From the NCBI GenBank assembly GCA_965649225.1, contig CBFGJX010000002.1, positions 1-64,000 of the forward strand: a stretch of DNA of 64,000 nt, read 5' to 3'. A program made the position numbers and the translations under genes. The notes under the pieces were generated by a model. The model ran no database searches, was not told the DNA's origin, and saw only the letters and a list, made by a program, of their open reading frames with translations. Each line of letters starts with the position of its first letter. The stretch's first letter is position 1. Positions 56,716 through 64,000 of this stretch are shown in pieces. This DNA comes from a candidate division WOR-3 bacterium. Its GTDB lineage: Bacteria; Hydrothermota; Tepidihabitantia; Tepidihabitantales; Tepidihabitantaceae.

Positions 56716-56984
56716 GCTGGTGCTTTCGAACAACAGCAGGAAAGTTCCTAAAACAGCGTTCGTTGCCAGTGCCGGGCTTTTTTGACTCCCGCACCGGGTA
56801 GAGGCCTTTGGTTCGAACGAGCCACGACCGGGTTGTGCGAAAGCGCAGCAAGCGGCCGCAGGCGGAAGCGTCGCAAGGTCATGGTTCGGAGCGACGTAAT
56901 GCCGGTTCTTCGGCTGTGAGCTGTGGCGAACGGCACGCGGCCAGGGATTTGACTTGTCGTCCGGTTTCGCTACATTAGGCCGCA

Positions 56985-58124
56985 ATGAAGATTCACGAGT
57001 TCCAGGCCAAAGAGATTTTCTCCAGACACGGCATTCCGGTTCCGCGCGAGCGCGTTGCCGCAAGTTCCGACGAGGCAGCGACCATCGCTGCGGAAATCGG
57101 CCTGCCGGTGGTTGTCAAGGCGCAGGTTCTGGTCGGCGGCCGGGGCAAGGCTGGCGGCGTGAAGCGGGCCGGCTCCATTGAGGAGGTTCGCTCGGCCGCG
57201 GGCGGGATAATTGGAATGGATATCAAGGGGCTGAAGGTTCACCGGGTGCTGGTTTCGGCGTGCGCCGATATCAAGGGCGAGTTCTATGTCGGCATCATTG
57301 TCGACCGTGCGGCGCGCGTGCCAGTACTGATGGCCTCGGCCGCTGGTGGGGTGGAAATCGAAGAGGTTGCCCGCACGAGTCCGGAAAAAATCCTGAAGAT
57401 ACCGATCGATCCGCTGATGGGGCTTTTGTCGTTTCAGGCACGCAACGCCGGAATGGCACTTTTCGGTGACGCGAAGCTGGCGCGCGACTTCACCAGCATC
57501 GCCCAGAAGCTGTACCGGATCTTCGTCGAGCAGGACTGTTCGCTCATCGAAATCAACCCGCTCGTGAAGCTGGCCGATGGTTCGCTTCTGGCCCTGGATG
57601 CGAAGATCAACTTCGACGACAACGCCGACTTCCGACACAAGGAATGGGAGGCGATGCGCGACCTGTCGGCCGAGGAGCCAAAGGAACTGGAGGCCAAGGC
57701 GGCCGGGCTTTCCTACATCAAGCTCTCCGGCAACGTCGGCTGCGTCGTCAACGGCGCCGGACTGGCGATGGCAACGATGGACCTGATAAAACGCTATGGT
57801 GGTGAGCCGGCCAACTTCCTTGATGTCGGTGGTTCGTCGTCGCCGGAGAAGATGGTCACGGCAATGAAGATAGTCCTCTCCGATCCGAACGTGAAAGCTA
57901 TTCTCGTGAACATTTTTGGCGGTATCACCCGCTGCGACGACATCGCCAACGGACTGATCCAGGCGCGGCAGATGGCCGACATCAGGGTGCCGATTGTGGC
58001 GCGATTGACCGGCACCAACGCCGAGCAGGCACGCGCAATACTACAGAACAGTCCGGTGACCAGTGCGGCAACGATGGCTGAAGCGGTGCAGAAAGCGGTT
58101 GTACTTGCCGGAGGCAACAGATGA
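56985..58124 (+). CDS. sucC: Succinyl-CoA ligase (ADP-forming) beta subunit
   Basis: Motifs [29 protein letters not shown] and [10 protein letters not shown]. Confidence 0.96.
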   Translation: MKIHEFQAKEIFSRHGIPVPRERVAASSDEAATIAAEIGLPVVVKAQVLVGGRGKAGGVKRAGSIEEVRSAAGGIIGMDIKGLKVHRVLVSACADIKGEFYVGIIVDRAARVPVLMASAAGGVEIEEVARTSPEKILKIPIDPLMGLLSFQARNAGMALFGDAKLARDFTSIAQKLYRIFVEQDCSLIEINPLVKLADGSLLALDAKINFDDNADFRHKEWEAMRDLSAEEPKELEAKAAGLSYIKLSGNVGCVVNGAGLAMATMDLIKRYGGEPANFLDVGGSSSPEKMVTAMKIVLSDPNVKAILVNIFGGITRCDDIANGLIQARQMADIRVPIVARLTGTNAEQARAILQNSPVTSAATMAEAVQKAVVLAGGNR

Positions 58125-58167
58125 GGTGGCGGTTGCCGCCCTGCCGAAACGGACAGGAGTCAGCCCA

Positions 58168-59028
58168 ATGAGCATTCTTGTAGGCAAAGAGAACCGAGTT
58201 ATTGTCCAGGGTATCACCGGTCGGGACGGCGCTTTCCATGCCCGGGCGATGCGCGACTATGGCACCAACGTGGTCGGTGGTGTAACGCCGGGCAAGGGCG
58301 GGCAGCAGGTCGAAGGCATGCCGGTCTTTGATTCGGTCGATGAGGCGGTCCGACAGACCGGCGCCGACACATCGATTATCTTTGTGCCGGCCGCGTTCGC
58401 TTCCGACGCGATGCTGGAATGTATCGCCGCCGGCCTGAAGCTGGTGGTCTGCGTGTCCGAGGGCGTACCGACAATGGATATGGTCAGGGTGCTGGCTTAT
58501 GCCCGCAGCAGGGGGACGCGCATCCTCGGCCCCAACTGCCCGGGCGTGATTTCACCGGGCAAGGCCAAAGTCGGAATCATGCCGGCGGCCAGCTTCAGTC
58601 CGGGTTGTATCGGTGTGGTATCGCGTTCCGGTACGTTGACCTATGAAATCGCAGCCAACACCGGTGAGTTCGGCCAGTCGACCGTGGTCGGGATTGGCGG
58701 GGACCCGGTCATCGGCACGACCTTTCTGGACTGTCTGGAGATGTTCAATGCCGACCCGGAAACCAAGGCGATAGTGCTTGTCGGTGAAATCGGCGGGACC
58801 GATGAAGAACGGGCAGCCGAATACGTGAAGACCAACGTGGGCAAGCCGGTAGTCGGCTTCATCGCCGGACAGACCGCACCGCCGGGCAAACGCATGGGTC
58901 ACGCCGGTGCGATTATCGCTGGTGGTGCCGGTACCGCGACAGAAAAACTCGCCGCTTTTCAGTCCGCCGGCATCGGGGTCTTCCATGAACCCCAGGAATT
59001 GCCGGAACTGCTGCGTCGGCTGATTTAG
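58168..59028 (+). CDS. sucD: Succinyl-CoA ligase alpha subunit
   Basis: Motifs [21 protein letters not shown] and KRMGHAGA. Confidence 0.96.
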   Translation: MSILVGKENRVIVQGITGRDGAFHARAMRDYGTNVVGGVTPGKGGQQVEGMPVFDSVDEAVRQTGADTSIIFVPAAFASDAMLECIAAGLKLVVCVSEGVPTMDMVRVLAYARSRGTRILGPNCPGVISPGKAKVGIMPAASFSPGCIGVVSRSGTLTYEIAANTGEFGQSTVVGIGGDPVIGTTFLDCLEMFNADPETKAIVLVGEIGGTDEERAAEYVKTNVGKPVVGFIAGQTAPPGKRMGHAGAIIAGGAGTATEKLAAFQSAGIGVFHEPQELPELLRRLI

Positions 59029-59040
59029 GCTTTTGAGCTG

Positions 59041-59076
59041 AGACCCACTGCCGGGCGAAAGTTCGGCAGTGGGTCT
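59041..59076. terminator. Long hairpin between the convergent sucD and kor operons
   Basis: AGACCCACTGCCGGGC-GAAA-GTTCGGCAGTGGGTCT, a 16-bp stem (with G-U pairs) closed by a GNRA loop. Confidence 0.7.
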
Positions 59077-59101
59077 TGCTGTTGTCCTGAGATGTTGCCT
59101 G

Positions 59102-59644
59102 TCAGCTCTTGCCGAGCTGACGTTTGCCTTCGGCAAAGCCCTGTTCGAATGCCTCGATGTTCTTTTTCAGCAGCCGGTCTGGAACCGTTCCGGGCAGCGC
59201 GTCAAGCAGCGCCTGTTTGCTGACGACCTCTGTAATCGCGACGATGAAACCGAGCATAACAAGATTGGCATAGAGCCGGTTGCCCAGTTTTTCGGCCATC
59301 CGTGTCGCCGGTATTGCGAACTGGCGGATAGCGGCGCGAGGTTCGTGGGGCCGGACCAGGTCGCTTTCAATCAGCAGAATGCCGTCTTCCTTCAGTTCCG
59401 GCTCGAACTTGTCGTAGGCTTCTTGTGACATCGCAATCAGGATATCTGGTTTGACCAGATAGGGGTACAATATCGTGTCTTCCCGGACAACCAGTTGCGC
59501 CGCGCATGCACCCCCGCGGGCTTCCGGCCCAAAGCTCTGGGTCAGGGTGGCATTCTTGTTGCCGTAAAGCGCCGCCGCCTTGCCCAGAATCATCCCGATG
59601 CGGATGATGCCCTGACCGCCGAAACCGGCCACCTTGATATCCAT
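59102..59644 (-). CDS. korC: 2-oxoacid:ferredoxin oxidoreductase gamma subunit
   Basis: Motifs AGFGGQG, SFGPEARGG and NLVMLG. Confidence 0.92.
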   Translation of the reverse strand: MDIKVAGFGGQGIIRIGMILGKAAALYGNKNATLTQSFGPEARGGACAAQLVVREDTILYPYLVKPDILIAMSQEAYDKFEPELKEDGILLIESDLVRPHEPRAAIRQFAIPATRMAEKLGNRLYANLVMLGFIVAITEVVSKQALLDALPGTVPDRLLKKNIEAFEQGFAEGKRQLGKS

Positions 59645-60549
59645 CAGTCGCTCCCGGATGAAGGCGTCATGGGACCACTGTAGGGAACGTAGCGTTTGCC
59701 CAGTACCCGGCCGAGGTGTTCGTTCATCATATCCAGCCAGGTTGGGACCTGACGGTGGACAAACTTGCCGACGATGATGTCCTGCTGGTAGCGAATATCG
59801 CATTCCCGTGTATCGGCAAAGTTGCGGGTTATGGAGTGGTCGTGGTAGAATTTCATCAGGTCGAGGCCCGAGCCAAGCCGGTTTCGCCGGCCGTACACGG
59901 TCGGACAGGGTGAAATCACCTCGATAAAAGAGAATCCGCGGTGCGCCAGCGCTTCCTTGATGGAGACGGTCAACTGCCGGACGTGCAGAGCCGTCCAGCG
60001 TGCAACATAGGTGGCACCACAGGACTCGACCAGGAAAGGCAGGTTGAACGTCCGTTCGAAATTGCCGTAGGGGGCGGTGGTGGTTGTTGCCGTCTCCGGC
60101 GTGGTCGGGCCGGACTGGCCGCCGGTCATTGCATAGTTGAAGTTGTTGACGCAGATGACCGTCATGTCGATATTGCGGCGGGCAGCGTGAATCAGGTGAT
60201 TGCCGCCGATTGCCACGATGTCGCCGTCGCCCGAGATTACCACCACCTTCAGGCGCGGGTTGCCCAGCTTCAACCCGGTAGCGTAGGGCAACGCCCGGCC
60301 GTGGGTCGTGTGAAATGAATCAAACTTGAGGTAGCCGGCAGCGCGACCAGTGCAGCCGATTCCGGATACAACCGCGATATCGGAACGGGGGATTGATCCC
60401 TCTTTGACTGCAGCGATGAAAGCAGTCAGACAGGTGCCGAGTCCACAGGTCGAACACCAGATATGGGGCATGCGGTCCATCCGGAGGTAATCTTCCATCG
60501 GATGGTGCTCGGGAGTGCCGCGCTCAATCAGGAGTTGTTCAGGATTCAC
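59644..60549 (-). CDS. korB: 2-oxoacid:ferredoxin oxidoreductase beta subunit
   Basis: Motifs WCSTCG, SGIGC, the TPP motif GDGD...NN and SPCP. Confidence 0.93.
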   Translation of the reverse strand: MNPEQLLIERGTPEHHPMEDYLRMDRMPHIWCSTCGLGTCLTAFIAAVKEGSIPRSDIAVVSGIGCTGRAAGYLKFDSFHTTHGRALPYATGLKLGNPRLKVVVISGDGDIVAIGGNHLIHAARRNIDMTVICVNNFNYAMTGGQSGPTTPETATTTTAPYGNFERTFNLPFLVESCGATYVARWTALHVRQLTVSIKEALAHRGFSFIEVISPCPTVYGRRNRLGSGLDLMKFYHDHSITRNFADTRECDIRYQQDIIVGKFVHRQVPTWLDMMNEHLGRVLGKRYVPYSGPMTPSSGSD

Positions 60550-61703
60550 CTGACACCACCTACTATTGCTTTGAGGATATCATCGGGGTCGTGCACCCAG
60601 CCACCGCAGTGCGGGACAAGAATCGTTTTGCAGCGTCCCGACGCGGCACGCTGAACCTCGCGATAAATCTGCCCCAGATTCAGCTCGGGAACGACCAGAG
60701 CTTTGACCCGCTCGGCCAGCCGGGCGATATGCTTCTCCGGAAACGGCCAGACGGTTATCAGCCGCAGCATGCCGACCTTGATGCCCAGCCGGCGGGCATC
60801 ATCAATCGCCTTTGTTGCGACACGGGACGAAATCCCGTAGGCCACGACAACGACCTCGGCATCGTCGGTCTGGTCTTCCTTGACGATGATGATGTCGTCG
60901 GCGTTTCGTCTGATTTTTTCCGCAAGCCGTGACACGCAGAGCTGCTGACATTCGGCATTGATCACCGGATAGCCGCGTTCGTCGTGGGTCAATCCGGTAA
61001 TGTGAAAACGATAATCGTCGCCTGCCCGTACCATCGGTGGTACCAGATCGGCATCAGGCTTGTAAGGGAGGTAGGACTCCTTCGGCCCGGTATACCAGCG
61101 CCGCGGCCAGACCTCGATGCTCTCCGCTTTGGGGATAACCACCCGCTCGGTCATGTGACCGACGCATTCGTCCATCATGAAGAGTACCGGCAGACGGTAA
61201 CGTTCCGAGAGGTTGAAACAGGTAATCGCCAGGTCAAAGCACTCCTGCGGCGATGCAGGGGAGATGGCGATGATTTCGTAATCGCCGTGGCTGCCCCAGC
61301 GGGCCTGCATCATGTCCTGCTGGCCGGTCAAGGTAGGCAGACCGGTCGACGGACCGCCACGTTGAACATTGACGATTACGCAGGGAGTCTCGGTCATGAT
61401 GCCCAGACCGAGATTCTCCATCATCAGTGAAAAGCCGGGGCCGGAAGTGATGGTAATTGCCTTTGCGCCCGCCCAGGAAGCCCCGAGCACTGCGGCGATT
61501 GAGGCCAGCTCGTCCTCCATCTGAATGAAGGTTCCGCCGATCTGGGGAAAGCGTTCCGCCAGCCGTTCTGCTACTTCGGTCGACGGAGTGATCGGGTAGC
61601 CGGCACAGAACCGACAGCCGGCGGCAATGGCGCCTTCGGCGCAGGCATGGTCGCCGTCGAGATAATGCGCACCGGTGAGTACCACGCTGCTGTCGGACTT
61701 CAC
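60546..61703 (-). CDS. korA: 2-oxoacid:ferredoxin oxidoreductase alpha subunit
   Basis: Motifs GYPITPS, QMEDE, TSGPGFSLM and QRGGPSTG. The GTG start overlaps the korD stop. Confidence 0.93.
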   Translation of the reverse strand: MKSDSSVVLTGAHYLDGDHACAEGAIAAGCRFCAGYPITPSTEVAERLAERFPQIGGTFIQMEDELASIAAVLGASWAGAKAITITSGPGFSLMMENLGLGIMTETPCVIVNVQRGGPSTGLPTLTGQQDMMQARWGSHGDYEIIAISPASPQECFDLAITCFNLSERYRLPVLFMMDECVGHMTERVVIPKAESIEVWPRRWYTGPKESYLPYKPDADLVPPMVRAGDDYRFHITGLTHDERGYPVINAECQQLCVSRLAEKIRRNADDIIIVKEDQTDDAEVVVVAYGISSRVATKAIDDARRLGIKVGMLRLITVWPFPEKHIARLAERVKALVVPELNLGQIYREVQRAASGRCKTILVPHCGGWVHDPDDILKAIVGGVR

Positions 61704-61978
61704 TGTTCTACCTCGCAGTTTTCCGGTTCCAGGGTGTTCCAGATAGCGAACTCCGGGCAAAGCGCCTCGCACAGTCGGCAATTGACGCAGGCTTCGGGGC
61801 GGACCACAACCGGCGGATGGTAACTTCGGCGATTGAACTCCGGCGACTGCTCGAGCACCTTGCGTGGGCAGTAGGCGACGCAAAAGCCGCAACCCTTGCA
61901 GCGCTCCCAGATTATGTGGACCTTGCCACGGGGTGGTTTCTTCTTTTCAGCATCCAGCGGGCGGCGCCAGTACTTCAT
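61700..61978 (-). CDS. korD: 2-oxoacid:ferredoxin oxidoreductase delta subunit (2x[4Fe-4S] ferredoxin)
   Basis: Motifs CKGCGFCVAYCP and CVNCRLCEALCPEFAI. Confidence 0.92.
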   Translation of the reverse strand: MKYWRRPLDAEKKKPPRGKVHIIWERCKGCGFCVAYCPRKVLEQSPEFNRRSYHPPVVVRPEACVNCRLCEALCPEFAIWNTLEPENCEVEQ

Positions 61979-62074
61979 CGTCAGTCGGCGATTATATGCC
62001 CGCCAATTCGTGCGTCAAGTGTATTGACTGATGAGGATTTGACACGTCCAATGCGCAGGTGCTATAATCGGCCG

Positions 62075-62536
62075 TTGCCGGACCAGAAGACACCAATAGC
62101 CGAGGCAGCGTCGCGACTCGTCGACCTGCGCATCATTGAGGCGATAGCCTATTTGCCCGGGCTTTTCTTTCTGCCGTTGCTTGTCGCACCGCGCGAGAAG
62201 ACAGCCGGGTTTCATTCGGCCCAGAGTCTGGTGCTGTTTGCCGGGCTTTGCGCAATCGGCCTTGCTTCTGCGCTGGCGGATTTGGTCTTTGGGGGCATCC
62301 TCGGCCGCATGGTAATCGCCGGGGTCTTTTTTCGAGTGATCGCCTGGATGGTCAGATACCCGGTGGCAATTGCGGCGTCGCTGTACTATCTGGCCTCGGT
62401 AATTGCCGGCGCTGCCGGCGCGCTCGCCGGTAACTGCACGACGTTGCCGCTGGCCGGGAGGTATGTTCCCGCCGTTCAGCAGTGGCTGTGGCGGTCGGGG
62501 TCCGGAGTAACCGCAGATTCGTCGGGTAAGGAATAG
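62075..62536 (+). CDS. DUF4870-like membrane protein
   Basis: Motifs AIAYLPGLFFLPL, FHSAQSL and LPLAG. The TTG start lies 6 nt after TATAAT. Confidence 0.65.
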   Translation: MPDQKTPIAEAASRLVDLRIIEAIAYLPGLFFLPLLVAPREKTAGFHSAQSLVLFAGLCAIGLASALADLVFGGILGRMVIAGVFFRVIAWMVRYPVAIAASLYYLASVIAGAAGALAGNCTTLPLAGRYVPAVQQWLWRSGSGVTADSSGKE

Positions 62537-62555
62537 CGAACTATAAGGAGGAATC

Positions 62556-62942
62556 GTGAGTGGCGAAGAAACCAACCGTCCAGAGCCCGCAAACGTGACA
62601 ACCCCGCAGCCCGCTGCCGGGTCGCAGGACGACGTCGAGAAAGCCAAGAGCACTGCTTGGCTTGCCTATGTCGGGATTCTGTGGCTGATTCCACTGTTGA
62701 CAATGAAAGACAACACCTTTGCCAAGTTCCACGTCAAACAGGGCATCGTGCTGTCAATCTACGGCGTCGCGATCGGAATCCTGGGAGGGGCGATTCCCTT
62801 CCTCGGATGGTTTATCATCGCACCGTTGGGCTCCATTCTTCTGCTGGTTCTGGCAATAATTGGTATAGTGAATGCGGCCGGCGGCAAGTGGTGGAAGTGC
62901 CCACTCTGGGTCAGCACACTGGCAGAGAAGTTCACTTTCTAA
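62556..62942 (+). CDS. DUF4870-like membrane protein
   Basis: Motifs AWLAYVGILWLIPL, FHVKQG and GIVNAAGG. An AGGAGG RBS is present. Confidence 0.8.
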   Translation: MSGEETNRPEPANVTTPQPAAGSQDDVEKAKSTAWLAYVGILWLIPLLTMKDNTFAKFHVKQGIVLSIYGVAIGILGGAIPFLGWFIIAPLGSILLLVLAIIGIVNAAGGKWWKCPLWVSTLAEKFTF

Positions 62943-63020
62943 ACGGGTGTTGTTCTGATAATATAGATTATGTAAACTAGACCGGGCTCGCGATTAGCCC
63001 GGCGACAATGCTGTGCCTGG

Positions 63021-64000
63021 CTATTTGAGTGACTGGTACGCGGCCAACAGCCTCTGCCCCGCATGACGCCAGAGGTAGTTGGAAAGAACGTGCTCGGACA
63101 AGCGGCGTGAAGCGGCTCGCCGCAGTGCTGCCCGCAGGGCGTTGCGGATTGACGCTACATCCGATGGCTCAAAATAGTCGGCCATGTCGCCGAAGTACTC
63201 GGTTGTGCCGCCGTAACGGGTGATACAGATTCGCGCGCCGGCAGCGGCGGCTTCAAGGGCTGCCAAGCCGGGTGTCTCGTAGTAGGAGGGCAGACAGAAA
63301 ACCGCACAGGCGGCGTAGGCCGATGCCAGCAGTCCAGAACTGGGCGGCAGCGCTGGAATGTGGATTATCCGGTCGGAGGCGGCCATGGCTTCCCGGCAGC
63401 TGCGCCCGTAGGGGGTGTCGATCAGTCGACCGATAAAGACCGCCGGCCGGTCAATCCCGGCCAGTGCCTGAATCAGCCTGAAAACGTTCTTCCTTTCCCA
63501 GCCGATGTGGCCGGCGTAGAGGATGAAGTCACGGACGCCGTACTCCCGAACAAAGAGATCGGGTGTGGCCGACGCGAAGTGTTCATCCGTGCCGTTGGGC
63601 AGCAGCAGCATCCGGGCGCGGTCGATTCCGAAGGCCTGATTAATCATCGTCATCTCGGCATTTGTGTTAGGTAGAACTAGCTGGGCCATGTCGCACAATT
63701 CCTTGCAGAACATGTGCTCGGTCCACACTCCGCCGGCCCGACGCAATCGCCGGGCCAAGGCCAACCGGCGAGCAACTCCGGCCGCGCTGCGGCGGCTGTA
63801 AAACACGGGCGAAACGACCAGCCTTCTGCCCAGGGTCGAAATTGCCCGGCCAAGATGATAAGTTCCGACGTTGGCACCGAAAATGTGAAACAGGTCAACC
63901 TCGGTGTCAGAGTACCGCCGCCAGGGGTCGAACAGTTCCGCATCCACGCCCAGTGCGTTGAGTTCCCTTTGCAGTGACCGGACCTGAACCTCTACCCCGC
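63021..64000 (-). CDS. Glycosyltransferase family 4 (5' end outside the window)
   Basis: Motifs RKNVFRLI and PSYYETPGLAALEA (EX7E). The frame stays open to the window edge (GVEVQVRSLQREL). Confidence 0.9.
   Translation of the reverse strand, partial: GVEVQVRSLQRELNALGVDAELFDPWRRYSDTEVDLFHIFGANVGTYHLGRAISTLGRRLVVSPVFYSRRSAAGVARRLALARRLRRAGGVWTEHMFCKELCDMAQLVLPNTNAEMTMINQAFGIDRARMLLLPNGTDEHFASATPDLFVREYGVRDFILYAGHIGWERKNVFRLIQALAGIDRPAVFIGRLIDTPYGRSCREAMAASDRIIHIPALPPSSGLLASAYAACAVFCLPSYYETPGLAALEAAAAGARICITRYGGTTEYFGDMADYFEPSDVASIRNALRAALRRAASRRLSEHVLSNYLWRHAGQRLLAAYQSLK

Noticed and set aside
1..64000. CRISPR arrays, rRNA, prophage, defence islands and the many long antisense or alternative-frame ORFs
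   Set aside because: No spaced direct repeats or hallmark genes were seen. The extra ORFs overlap well-supported genes and are expected at this GC content.

Overview
This is a GC-rich bacterial chromosome window of mostly housekeeping genes. The FlgD/T9SS-like C-terminal domains, BamD and overall gene content suggest a diderm anaerobe of the FCB group, possibly candidate phylum WOR-3 (inference). Energy and carbon genes include a complete rnfCDGEAB operon, a mannose-type PTS cluster without EIIA, gap-pgk-tpiA-secG-rplU, sucCD and a four-subunit 2-oxoacid:ferredoxin oxidoreductase. Other core genes include def-fmt-PASTA-rpe-ffh, an archaeal-type AspRS, a DRG-type GTPase, a PGI/PMI, two tRNAs (Gln-CTG, Val-CAC) and five secreted proteins with FlgD-like tails. 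The only mobile element is a 1211-bp IS481-family element with a 6-bp target duplication and a nonsense mutation in its transposase. Two observations stand out. (1) A free-standing ~195-nt unit at 3067-3265 has a near-consensus sigma70 promoter, a multi-stem fold with a possible pseudoknot and its own terminator; I cannot assign it to a known RNA family. (2) At least 12 genes have -35/-10 promoters, mostly with 16-bp spacers, only 5-12 nt before the start codon, implying widespread leaderless translation. No CRISPR array, rRNA or prophage was seen. All calls were made by eye from motifs, without database searches.
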